Positions 30,464 to 42,401 of a DNA stretch of 64,000 bases are shown here, piece by piece. The translations under genes and the position numbers were made by a program. The notes beneath the pieces were generated by a model that did not search any database, had not been told where the DNA came from, and was given only the letters and a program-made list of their open reading frames with translations. This DNA is from Macrostomum lignano. Lineage: Eukaryota. Position 1 is the stretch's first letter. Each line of letters begins with the position of its first letter. Where the stretch lies: NCBI GenBank assembly GCA_002269645.1, contig NIVC01000001.1, positions 2,232,001-2,296,000 on the forward strand, given 5' to 3'.

Positions 30464-33400
30464 ATGGAATACGAAAAAATCCTCATGGACATCGGCGGCC
30501 TGTCGCGCGCCCAGATTCTGCTGTTCGTGCTGCTGTCTTTCACCAACCTGAAGTCCTGCCTGGAGTTCCAATTGCTGGCGTTGTTTATGCACCAGCCCAA
30601 GTTCCTGTGCGGTCAGGCTGCCGGCAACGACACCGGCTGGAGTGTCAGCGAAGATCAGTGCACCGTGACTGCAGCTGGCGGTAGTGAGTCCTTTAGAGCA
30701 CCTGATCTTATTTATTATTGACGCCTCATTTGTTTCATTCTTGGCGCCTCATTTGTTTCATTCTTGACGCTTCATTTGTTTCATTCTTGACGCTTCATTT
30801 GTTTCATTCTTGACGCTTCATTTGTTTCATTCTTGGCGCTTCATTTGTTTCATTCTTGGCGCCTCATTTGTTTCATTCTTGACGCTTCATTTGTTTCATT
30901 CTTGACGCTTCATTTGTTTCATTCTTGACGCTTCATTTGTTTCATTCTTGACGCTTTATTTGTTTCATTCTTGACGCTTCATTTGTTTCATTCTTGACGC
31001 TTCATTTGTTTCATTCTTGACGCTTCATTTGCTTTATTCTTGGCGCCTCATTTATTTCATTCTTGGCACCTCATTTGTTTCATTCTTGGCGCCTCATTTG
31101 TTTCATTCTTGACGCTTCATTTGTTTCATTCTTGACGCTTTATTTGTTTCATTCTTGACGCTTCATTTGTTTCATTCTTGACGCTTCATTTGTTTCATTC
31201 TTGACGCTTCATTTGCTTTATTCTTGGCGCCTCATTTATTTCATTCTTGGCACCTCATTTGTTTCATTCTTGGCGCCTCATTTGTTTCATTCTTGGCGCC
31301 TCATTTGTTTCATTCTTGGCGCCTCATTTGTTTCATTCTTGGCGCCTAATTTGTTTCATTCTTGACGCTTCATTTGTTTCATTCTTGGCGCCTCATTTGT
31401 TTCATACTTGGCGCCTCATTTGTTTCATTCTTGGCGCCTCATTTGTTTTATTTCTGGCGCCTCATTTGTTTCATTTTTGGCGCCTCATTTGTTTCATTCT
31501 TGACGCCTCATTTTTTTCATTTCTGGCGCCTCATCATTTGTTTCATTCTTGGCGCCTCATTTGTTTCATTTCTGGCGCCTCATTTTTTTCATTCTTGGCG
31601 CTTCATTTGTTTCATTCTTGACGCTTGATTTGTTTCATTCTTGGCGGTTCATTTGTTTCATTCTTGACGCCCCATTTGTGTCAATCTTAGCGCCTCATTT
31701 GTTTCATTCTTGGCGCCTCGTTTATTTCATTCTTGGTGCTTCATTTTTTCATTCTTGACGCCTCATCTGTTTCACTCTTGGCGCCTCATTTGGTTCATTC
31801 TTGGCGCCTCATTTGTTTCATTTTTGGCGCCCCATTTGGTTCATTCTTGGCGCCTCATTTGTTTCATTCTTGGCGCCTAATTTTTTTCATTTCTGGCGCC
31901 TCATCATTTGTTTCATTCTTGGCGCCTCATTTGTTTCATTCTTGACGCTTCATTTGTTTCATTCTTGGCGCCTCACGGTTGCCCCCCTCCAATCTGCTCA
32001 GACGGCACCCGCGCCTGCTCGTCCTTCGTCTACCCAGTGGAGCCGGGTGCGCCCCTGTCCGGCAGCAACCTGGTCAGCCGCTACGATCTGGTCTGCGACA
32101 GAGCCTACCTGCGCGACCTGCTGCCGCCTGTGTACTTCACTGGCACCGCGGTGGGCATGGTGTTCGGCACGCTGGGCGACCGTCTGGGCCGCAAGACCAT
32201 CATCCTCTGCTTCCTGCTGCTTGACGCCGTCTCCAGCCCGCTGCCCGCGCTGGCGCCCAACATGGCGCTGCAGCTGGCGTCCCGGTTTGTCAAAGGCATC
32301 TCGTCGGCCGTTTATTACCAGGTGCCTGATGATTTTTCTTAGAAATAACCCTATCCTATAGGGGGATTTCTAATCCCTAATCTGTGCTTAAATCTCAAGA
32401 CTGTATTCAATATCCCAATCTGTACTCAAATCCCCAGACTATTCAATATCTTAATCTGTGCTCAAATCCCGAAACTATCGAATATCCCAACCTGTGCTCA
32501 AATCCCGAAACTATCGAATATCCCAACCTGTGCTCAAATCCCGAAACTATCCAATATCCCAACCTGTGCTCAAATCCCGAAACTATCCAATATCCCAACC
32601 TGTGCTCAAATCCCGAAACTATCCAACATCCCAACCTGTGCTCAAACCCCGAAACTATCCAACATCCCAACCTGTGCTCAAACCCCGAAACTATCCAACA
32701 TCCCAACCTGTGCTTAAATCCCCAAGCTAATAAATATCCCAATCAGAGAACTACTCACTAGCTACGAGCTAAGGAGTCCCTCAATCAAAACCAACCACCC
32801 GTCAGAGTTTGCTCCTAGTAGAAGAGCTGACGGCCGAGCGCTACCGCTCCCTGCTGGGCAACCTGTTCTGGCTGTTCTGGTGCGCAGGCTACATGACCTC
32901 CGGGGCCCTGGTGGCCGTCATCGGCGACTGGCGCTCGGTGCAGTTCGCCACGCTGGCGCCCTGCCTGGTGTACATCGCCATCGCCTGGGCGGTGCCGGAG
33001 TCGCCCCGCTGGCTGGTGCTGCGCGGCCGTCAGGCCGAGGCCGTCGCGGTGTTCCGACGCCTGGCCAGCTGGAACGGAATTCGGCTAGCGCCAGACTACT
33101 TCGCACCTGGTGGCGGCGGCGGCGGCGGAGGAGGCGGCGCCGAAGCCGACGAACCAGGCGAGCTGGAGCTGGTGGTGGTTGAGAAGGAGCCGACTGGGAG
33201 GCTGGCTGAACTCTTCATCTATCCGGAGATGAGGCGAGCATTGGGCTTTAAATAGGGATTTGATATGATTTTTGGGGATCACATGATTCTGAAGATTTCA
33301 CAATTTTGAGGATGTTTGATTTTAAGGATGCAATTTTTTGAGAACAGAAGATTTTGAGGAAACATGATTGTGGAAGTACATGTTTTAAAGATACATGATT

Positions 33401-35081
33401 TTAATGATAAATGATTTTGAGGGCACATGATTTGAGGGATACATGATTTTGTGAATATATGATTTCGCGGATACATGTACATGTTTTGACAATAGATATT
33501 TTAAGGAAACATGATTTTGAAGCTGCATTATTCTAAGGGCACACTTGATTTTGAGGATACATTATTCTAAACATACATAATTATAAGGATACATAAGCAG
33601 GTGTCCGTGTCTGACATCAAACTGAGGGATCAAATTCGCAATAAAGTTGGAATAATTTTCATCCCTCAACGCCCACAGGAAGAAGACCCTAGTCGTGTTC
33701 TTCATGCTCACCGCTTTCTCATTTACCTACCACGGCCTGAGCGCCGATGTTGAGTTCACGACTTCCAACATCGTGCTGAACCAGGTGTACACCGGCTTGG
33801 TCGAGATCCCGTCCTCCTTCATAGGCTGGCTGCTCAGCGACTACCTGGGCCGCAGGTGGCCGACGCTGGCCATGACGCTGGTGAGCGGCGTCGGCGTCGT
33901 GCTGGTGCCGCACGTGCCGAAGGCCACCCTGGCCGGCCTGCGCACCGGCATCGCCCTGTTCGCCAAGTGCATCCTGACCGCCGCCTACTGCATCATGGAC
34001 CTGTACGCCACCGAGCTGCTGCCCACCTCGGTTCGGTGAGCTGCGGGTTCGGGATTTGAAGCTGCTGGGATTTTGGGATTTGAAACTTTAGGATTTGAAA
34101 TTTTAGGATTTGAAATTTTGGGATTTGAAACTTTGGGATTTGAAACTTCGGGATTTTATACTTTGGGATTTTATACTTTGGGATTTTACACTTTGGGATT
34201 TTACACTTTGGGATTTTACACTTTGGAATTTTATACTTTGGGATTTTACACTTTGGGATTTTACACTTTGGGATTTTATACCTTTGGGATTTTATACTTT
34301 GGGATTTTACACTTTGGGATTTTACACTTTGGGATTTTACACTTTGGGATTTGGGACACTCCAAAGCTTAGAATTTTAAGATTTGAAACTAAGAGATTTG
34401 GGATACAAAAATAAGAATTTTAGATTCCTATTTTAATTTTTAGTATATGGAAATTTAAAATCTTGGCTGTGAAAATTTTTTATTTAGGATTTGAAACTTG
34501 AGATATTTTCGTATTCGAATCTTCAAAATTGGTTCGACTCTTTGGGATTCGGAGGCTGGCAATTCAATGTTTTTGGGATTTGGGAATGGGGATTCAAAAC
34601 TTACCGTATTTAAAGATATTATGTGACTCGAAACTCGAATTATGGATTTGGATTTGCGGATGAGCTAGTAACTACATGAAGATTCGAAAATTTAGGAAAT
34701 TCACTTCCCAATCCCTCATCAATTCCCATCCTGCCCAGCAACAACGGCCTGTTTCTGGCCACCTTCCTGGCCACGGTGGGCAACATTGTGGCGCCCTACA
34801 CCAACAGCCTGGCCCGGCACGGCCACTACCTGCCCGGCCTGGTCTTCGGCGGCCTGACGGTGGCCAGCAGCCTCAGCCTGCTGCTGCTGCCGGAGACCCG
34901 CGGCCTCCCCCTGCCCGAGACGGTCGCCAGCGCCGAGGGCATCCGACGCGGCACCGAGGCGGCCTGGCTCGCCGAACAGCGTCGGCTTCGACGCGACGAG
35001 GTGGCGGCGAATGGCGACAAAGCGGCGGTATCTGATGGCGAAGGCGAGGCGGCGATTAGACTGACGGCTAAATCAGTGTAG
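30464..35081 (+). CDS. SLC22-family organic cation/anion transporter (MFS), 555 aa; exons 30464-30683, 32002-32321, 32806-33233, 33679-34035, 34739-35081
   Basis: MEYEKILMDIGG start, YDLVCDR, GTLGDRLGRK, VPESPRWL, LYATELLPTSVR and LLLPETRGLPLPET are SLC22/MFS hallmarks. All junction phases are consistent (1, 0, 2, 2); intron 3 has a GC donor. Confidence 0.92.
30715..31975. repeat. 23-bp minisatellite (CGCCTCATTTGTTTCATTCTTGR)n in SLC22 intron 1
   Basis: Direct reading. Confidence 0.95.
32385..32740. repeat. 36-bp minisatellite in SLC22 intron 2
   Basis: CAACCTGTGCTCAAATCCCGAAACTATCCAATATCC units. Confidence 0.9.
34066..34355. repeat. 15-bp minisatellite (TTTTACACTTTGGGA)n in SLC22 intron 4
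   Basis: Direct reading. Confidence 0.9.
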
Positions 35082-35104
35082 GTTGATCTGCGTGTAATTG
35101 TAGA

Positions 35105-35460
35105 GTTTCTATTTTTTAGAAACAGTGGGGTTTCTCCTAAAATCAAGCTTTGATTTCTGTAAAGACGGATTCCCCTCATACTTAATTGTTTTTTTATTTT
35201 TAGAAATAGTGGGTTTCCCTACAAACAAGCTTAGATTTCGGTAAAAACGGATTCCCCTAGTTCTTCATTATTTTCTATTTTTAGAAACTGTGTTTTTCCT
35301 ATAAAATAAAACTTTGATTTCAGTAAAGATGGATTCCCCTAGTTTTTCATTGTTTTCTATTTTTAGAAATAGTGGGTTTCCTTTACAAGCAAGCACTGAC
35401 TTCAGTGAAGACGGCTTCTTTTTTTGATTGTTTTCTATTGTTAGAAATAGTAGTTTTTTA
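35105..35460. repeat. About 81-bp diverged tandem repeat 3' of SLC22
   Basis: TTCTATTTTTAGAAA...ACGGATTCCCCT recurs about 4 times. Confidence 0.75.
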
Positions 35461-36966
35461 TCAGAAACAATTACTCGTACCTTGTGCATACACTGTAGGT
35501 TTCCAGCCGCTCATAATCTTCATCTATTTTCAGCTGTTTCGAATTTAAAAAAATCCTGGAATTTTTAATCTTCAGTTGTAGTTTTAGTGAATTGTATATT
35601 CTATTAGAAACACGCAATCCTGTCTATTCTGTTTAAATTACCAATAGTTGCTTTTAGAAAGTAGTTAATAACTTGATAATTAGAATTAATCTTTTAATAG
35701 TTCACAAGTCATATTTTTGCTTGTTTTTGTGTACAAAAACAATTCGTGTACGTCTTTATTCGTGTACAAGATTGATTTTATTGAAAGTTTGATGTTGATG
35801 AAGTTTTTGTTTTAGACAAAACTTAGGTATTCGATGTGCATGTACTTTAATAGATTCGTCTAGAAGTACTCGTAAATACTTGTAGTTGCGCTTTGATAGT
35901 AATTGAAACTTCATGCATGGATTAAGAGATAGGATTATCTTTAGAGTTTTCACTGCCGAAAAACAGATTTTTTCGCAAAGATTTTAACCGCAGATCTCTT
36001 CGACAGCTGAAGCAGTATGACGTTAAACTTGATTTGCTTTGAAATAGAGGCTGTATAGTACCGAATTTGTCTATGGCAAAACCTCATTCCAGAGCATCTG
36101 AATGCACCAGCGATAGGAGAAATAAACAATAATCGCCTGACACGAGGAGATTCTGTCTATGGCTCATCTCCTAGTAGCAGGCGATTCTTTGTATGTAATG
36201 CACGGCATGTGCGTCCCGAATATAACGCCTTATCTCCGCCGGAGATAATGAGTTATTTTCACTGGCCATGTTGCTTTGCTTTGCGTTGCTTTGTCTATGG
36301 TAGCGGAGTTACGCTACTGATTATCACCGCTTATTTAACACTAGGGGAATAGACGAGGCGCACAGGCAAAGTGGATTACATATTTGGTACTTAACGTATA
36401 TCAGCTCATTCCTTAGAAAATCGAATTCAGCGTCCTTCTTCCTTTAAGTCCATGACGGCTCTAGTTTCCGCGTAATTTTGTTTGTAATTTTTACCACAAT
36501 CGCACTTTTTTCAGCTGAAGTTTTTAATGCTTAATTTTTACTGTTTCTTTTCTTTGGTAGTTGGACTAGTTCCTTAATTTTACTGCTTGAAACTAAATTT
36601 GAAAAATTTGAAAAGATTGGAACAAAGGCATCTACCATGTGTAACATTTTTATAAGCATGCTTTTTACCGGGTTCAGGTGATTTACATGATGCAGCTTAA
36701 ATAAATTCATGTCACCTTTACAGTTTTCATTTCTGAGCTTTAGCATGCTTTAAATTGTTAATGTCAGTTGCGTGCGATTATTCAATAGTTAAAACTGAAC
36801 AATCTTTACACCCGTAATATTTATCGTGTGTACTTTAACAGAGTTGGGCTTCAGGAATAGTACGATTGTATTTTAATAATAAGTGCACGTGTATTTTACA
36901 ATAGTACATTGGTACCTTAATCGTGAGTACACGCGTACTTATAAAAACGTGCAGCAGAAGAAATTG

Positions 36967-37581
36967 TCAGAAATTTCCCGAGTTGGTGAACGGCAGTCCC
37001 TTGACGTACTCCAAGAACTTTGCAATGCCCGGCCGGGCCGCCATGCGGTCGCGGTGCGCCCGGACCCGAGGCGTCTGCTCCAGCAGCTGCGGCTTGAAGT
37101 GCAGCATCACCTCGGCAATGTCGAACAGGTGATAATCTGCCAGGCTCAGCTTCCCATTAGCCAGGTATTCGCTGCAGGACAGGGCCTTCTCGAACGGAGC
37201 CATCCAGCTGGTCCACTTGTCGTTGAACAGCTGCTCCACCGATGCCGGACTCTCATAGAACGGAATGATGACAAACATGAACACATCGTCAGTCTGGTAA
37301 TACCACATGTCCACATTGGCGGCCTCATCAATGGTGTCACCCAGCAGGCTGGGGTTGGTCAGCTTGGCCAGGTAGCGAGCGATGGCGTGAGAGTGCGCCA
37401 GCTCCCTGCGGTCGCCGTCCAGCCGCATCACTGGCAGCTGGCCGAAAACGAACTCGGACTTGCGGCCCGGCCAGCTGGGGTCCCGGGGAATCCGAGTCTC
37501 CCTAAACTGCAGGCCGGCTTCGAAAAGCAGCGCCCGGGGCAGGTCGCCGCGACACCTGGACGGAAAGTAGACCAGCTCCAT
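36967..37581 (-). CDS. Cytosolic glutathione S-transferase (Tyr-type, pi/sigma/mu-like), copy A, 204 aa
   Basis: N-terminal Tyr (LVYFP), FGQLPV cis-Pro loop, SHAIARYL, and C-domain LSLADYHLFD N-cap motif; intronless ORF. Confidence 0.92.
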   Translation of the reverse strand: MELVYFPSRCRGDLPRALLFEAGLQFRETRIPRDPSWPGRKSEFVFGQLPVMRLDGDRRELAHSHAIARYLAKLTNPSLLGDTIDEAANVDMWYYQTDDVFMFVIIPFYESPASVEQLFNDKWTSWMAPFEKALSCSEYLANGKLSLADYHLFDIAEVMLHFKPQLLEQTPRVRAHRDRMAARPGIAKFLEYVKGLPFTNSGNF

Positions 37582-38054
37582 GCCGCCTGAGCAGGCTGTC
37601 TGTCACGCGATTATGTGAGCGATTCTCTGTGTGAACTGGACTGTTCCTTCTCTCTTACTCGCACACGAGGCTAGATTTAATTCGAGCATATCAAACAACG
37701 ATTAGACAAGAGATAAGAGAAGACTGGGGGGGGGGCTTTAGTACTGCACAAGTATTCATATTACACTCTCAGCAACAGGTTAAAGCTTCCACCCCAAAAC
37801 CAGTGATCAACTCTCCTCTCCCTCCTCTCCAGCCTAAGCTGGGGCGCACCTGGTTTCAAGGTGGAAACTTTAACATGTTTCCGAGTGTACTCTCTTAGTT
37901 AAAGTTCTCTTGATAACCTTTGAAAACCCGCAAAGGCTTTAAAAAGTAGCTTATAAACACAAATCCCGGCATTCAAAGTGACACTACATGCCCCAGAGTG
38001 GTGAAGAGCTGCTGCAGAGCTGAAGTTTGTATCCTATTCCACACATCACTAGGG

Positions 38055-38600
38055 AGGGGAGTGAGGTGGGTGAGGGAGTGAGGGAGGAGGTGGGTGAGGG
38101 AATGACGTGGGTGAGTGAGTGAGGTGGATGAGGGAGGAGGTGGGTGAGGGAGTGAGGTGGGTGAGTGAGTGAGGTGGGTGAGGGAGTGAGGTGGGTGAGA
38201 GAGTGAGGTGGGTGAGGGATTGAGGTAAGTGAGGGAGTGAGGTGGGTGAGGGAATGAGGTGGGTGAGGGAATGAGGTGGGTGAGGGAGTGAGGTGGGTGA
38301 GAGAGTGAGGTGGGTGAGGGAGTGAGGTGGGTGAGAGAGTGAGGTGGGTGAGGGATTGAGGTAAGTGAGGGAGTGAGGTGGGTGAGGGAATGAGGTGGGT
38401 GAGGGAATGAGGTGGGTGAGGGAGTGAGGTGGGTGAGAGAGTGAGGTGGGTGAGGGATTGAGGTGAGGGAGTGAGGTGGGTGAGAGAGTGAGGTGGGTGA
38501 GAGAGTGAGGTGGGTGAGGGAATGAGGTGGGTGAGGGAATGAGGTGGGTGAGGGAGTGAGGTGGGTGAGGAAGCGAAGTGGGGGTGGGAGATGGGAGTGA
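38055..38600. repeat. 17-bp purine-rich minisatellite (GAGGGAGTGAGGTGGGT)n between the GSTs
   Basis: Direct reading. Confidence 0.92.
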
Positions 38601-39153
38601 GGGAAAACAGACAGATTATCTTCGTCAAGCCGACCCACCAGCAACAAAAATGAGCTCATGCAAATAGCATGTCTCAGTCTGCTTGCCCCGGTGCCTTCGG
38701 AGAGGCCCAAAAAGAAGGTCTCAAGCCATATTAGACTTAGCATCCAGACGTAGACTAGTGTAACAAATAATAAAAAATGCGAACTCTAATGCGATCTCTG
38801 CAAATTTGAATCCCGAATCAATAACCAGCCAAAACCACGGCCGGTTGCACTAAAAAGCAATTATTGTATTGGCAAATTTAATAATTAAAAATGGTGTTGC
38901 GAAAAAATCAGTTGCTATGCTTGTAGCAAAACATAGTTTCATCAGCAAGCTACTAGTGCAAGGTGTATAAGTCTCAAGTTCGAGCCTCCCACTAACGACT
39001 AAACGGCATGTACTTTGATTTTAAAGTCTTTGACACCGGATGAGTTACACGTTAAATAACTATATTGAGCTACTAAAACTACCACCAAATCAAGTGTAGG
39101 TGTCAGAGAAATTTAGTTATGTTTTTATGTGCTTCGGCAACGGCACCAGACGC

Positions 39154-39780
39154 CTACAGGTGGCCCGAGTTGGTGAACGGCAGTCCCTTGACGTACTCCA
39201 AGAACTTTGCAATGCCCGGCCGGGCCGCCATGCGGTCGCGGTGCGCCCGGACCCGAGGCGTCTGCTCCAGCAGCTGCGGCTTGAAGTGCAGCATCACCTC
39301 GGCAATGTCGAACAGGTGATAATCTGCCAGGCTCAGCTTCCCATTAGCCAGGTATTCGCTGCAGGACAGGGCCTTCTCGAACGGAGCCATCCAGCTGGTC
39401 CACTTGTCGTTGAACAGCTGCTCGATGGTGTCAAAAGCCCGATAGAAGGGCCCAATGACAGACATGTACACATCGTCAGTCTGGTAATACCACATGTCCA
39501 CATTGGCGGCCTCGTCGATGGTGTCACCCAGCAGGCTGGGGTTGGTCAGCTTGGCCAGGTAGCGAGCGATGGCGTGCGACTGGGCAATGTCCCTGCTGCC
39601 GTCCAGCCGCAGCACTGGCATCTGGCCGAACACGAACTCCGGCTTGCGGGCCAGCCACTGCTCGCCCTTGGGGATTCGGGCCTCAGTAAACTCCAGGCCG
39701 CCGTCAATCATCAGCGAGCGGGGCAGGTCGCCGCGGCCGCGAATGGGAAAGTAGAATAGCTCGAGACTGCTGGGTGCCAT
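39154..39780 (-). CDS. Cytosolic glutathione S-transferase, copy B, 208 aa
   Basis: LFYFPIRGRG, FGQMPV, QSHAIARYL, LSLADYHLFD; tandem paralog of copy A at an offset of 2187 bp. Confidence 0.92.
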   Translation of the reverse strand: MAPSSLELFYFPIRGRGDLPRSLMIDGGLEFTEARIPKGEQWLARKPEFVFGQMPVLRLDGSRDIAQSHAIARYLAKLTNPSLLGDTIDEAANVDMWYYQTDDVYMSVIGPFYRAFDTIEQLFNDKWTSWMAPFEKALSCSEYLANGKLSLADYHLFDIAEVMLHFKPQLLEQTPRVRAHRDRMAARPGIAKFLEYVKGLPFTNSGHL

Positions 39781-39844
39781 GGCGATTTCTGCGGAATCAG
39801 GATGTGAAGAGAATTTGCGAGCTCAAATTTTTCAAGATTTTTTT

Positions 39845-40255
39845 GGTTTATTGTGTGGATTTTGTGGTTTATTGTGTAGATTTTGTGGTTTATTGTGTGG
39901 ATTTTGTGGTTTATTGTGTGGATTTTGTGGTTTATTGTGTAGATTTTGTGGTTTATTGTGTGGATTTTGTGGTTAATTGTGTAGATTTTGTGGTTTATTG
40001 TGTGGATTTTGTGGTTTATTGTGTGGATTTTGTGGTTTATTGTGTGGATTTTGTGGTTTATTGTGTAGATTTTGTGGTTTATTGTGTGGATTTTGTGGTT
40101 TATTGTGTGGATTTTGTGGTTTATTGTGTAGATTTTGTGGTTTATTGTGTGAATTCTGTCGTTTATGTGTGAATTGTGTGGTTTATCTGTGAAGTGTGTG
40201 GTTAAGTATGTGAATTCTGTGGCTTATTGTGTGAATTCTGTGGTTTATTGTGAAA
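39845..40255. repeat. 21-bp minisatellite (TTTATTGTGTGGATTTTGTGG)n upstream of GST copy B
   Basis: Direct reading. Confidence 0.92.
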
Positions 40256-40743
40256 ACCATATGGTTGAATCTCTTTAAGTTGAAACTTTCAGAGTCTGTC
40301 AACTAACTCAAATATTTACACAAAGTCATAATTTACTTACTCATTATTATGAATAATTTAGTATATTTCGCAGGCTAGGACAGTAAATGAATGGCTACAG
40401 ATGTCCTGATATAAATTACATAAGAGTATATCAATATAAAGGACTTTTTTACAAATCAAACACTTGGGCATACACTAATTTTATGAATTATACGTATTTA
40501 TGTACACACAATGTACATTTGCTACCTGCATGCATACATTGATAATAATTTAGTATAGACTATATAATAGTTAATATAAATAACAAGAGTTTAATGTATT
40601 AATAATAACTAACACAGCCGCAAAAAAACGAAAACGAGATTAATTTAAATTATGTAAACTTAAACTTATTAACATTGGCTATTAAATTAGGCCTAAAAAA
40701 TAAAGAAAGTCTATGCTTTGGAAACAAAAGCACTTGGTGCAAA

Positions 40744-41332
40744 GAATTCCAGTTGTGCTGATATCTGACAGCAGGGAATTCCAGTTGTGCTGATATCTGA
40801 CAGCAGGGAATTCCAGGTGTGCTGATATCTGACAGCAGGGAATTCCAGGTGTGCTGATATCTGACAGCAGGGAATTCCAGGTGTGCTGATATCTGACAGC
40901 AGGGAATTCCAGGTGTGCTGATATCTGACAGCAGGGAATTCCAGGTGTGCTGATATCTGACAGCAGGGAATTCCAGGTGTGCTGATATCTGACAGCAGGG
41001 AATTCCAGGTGTGCTGATATCTGACAGCAGGGAATTCCAGGTGTGCTGATATCTGACAGCAGGGAATTCCAGGTGTGCTGATATCTGACAGCAGGGAATT
41101 CCAGGTGTGCTGATATCTGACAGCAGGGAATTCCAGGTGTGCTGATATCTGACAGCAGGGAATTCCAGGTGTGCTGATATCTGACAGCAGGGAATTCCAG
41201 GTGTGCTGATATCTGACAGCAGGGAATTCCAGGTGTGCTGATATCTGACAGCAGGGAATTCCAGGTGTGCTGATATCTGACAGCAGGGAATTCCAGGTGT
41301 GCTGATATCTGACAGCAGGGAATTCCAGGTGC
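40744..41332. repeat. 32-bp near-perfect minisatellite (GAATTCCAGGTGTGCTGATATCTGACAGCAGG)n, about 18 copies
   Basis: Direct reading. Confidence 0.95.
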
Positions 41333-41814
41333 TTATCTGCCGCAAATGACACACTAAAGTACTTACCTGCCCAAGGTGAGGTTATTAATATAGGCATTTG
41401 ATTCTACAGCTAAATACGGATAATAATTAACGGCAAAAACTAATAGTCCATTAACAATTGAGAAGAATAAACGTGACAAAGGCTAGCATGGGGCAAACAG
41501 AAAGCTAACAAAACTCCTACAAACTCAAAAAGTCCATATTAGTGCAAAAGAAACAAATTTGCGCAAAGGTGTCGAAATAATCAGCGCTGCAGTTATCGCC
41601 TCAAACAATTAATATTAACGCAGGTCAACATCGTGGGGGAGATGGTAAAGAAGGAGAATAAAAAGACAGACGCACAATACTCACAAACAGACTCTCTTAA
41701 AATGATTTACAAGATTTATAAGCAGCACTGCGTCTACAGCTCGCTTGGCTCTTATCACTGAGTGGCGAATAGTGATAGTGAACAGAAAGACAGGCAGTAG
41801 TAGGCAGGAGCCGA

Positions 41815-41899
41815 CAGACAGAGACAGACAGACAGACAGACAGGCAGGAGCCGACAGACAGAGACAGACAGACAGACAGACAGGCAGGAGCCGACAGAC

Positions 41900-41938
<39 letters not shown>

Positions 41939-42109
41939 GGCAGACAGACACACAGACAGACAGACAGGCAGGCAGGCAGACAGACAGGCAGACAGACAGA
42001 CAGACAGGCAGACAGGCAGACAGACAGTCAGACAGACAGGCAGGCAGGCAGACAGACAGACAGACAGACAGACAGGCAGACAGGCAGGCAGGCAGACAGG
42101 CAGGCAGGC

Positions 42110-42146
<37 letters not shown>

Positions 42147-42149
42147 GGC

Positions 42150-42182
<33 letters not shown>

Positions 42183-42183
42183 C

Positions 42184-42214
<31 letters not shown>

Positions 42215-42233
42215 GGCAGACAGACAGGCAGGC

Positions 42234-42266
<33 letters not shown>

Positions 42267-42303
42267 GGCAGGCAGACAGACAGGCAGGCAGACAGACAAT
42301 CAA

Positions 42304-42400
<97 letters not shown>
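41815..42400. repeat. (GACA/GGCA)n compound microsatellite
   Basis: Direct reading. Confidence 0.95.
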
Positions 42401-42401
<1 letters not shown>

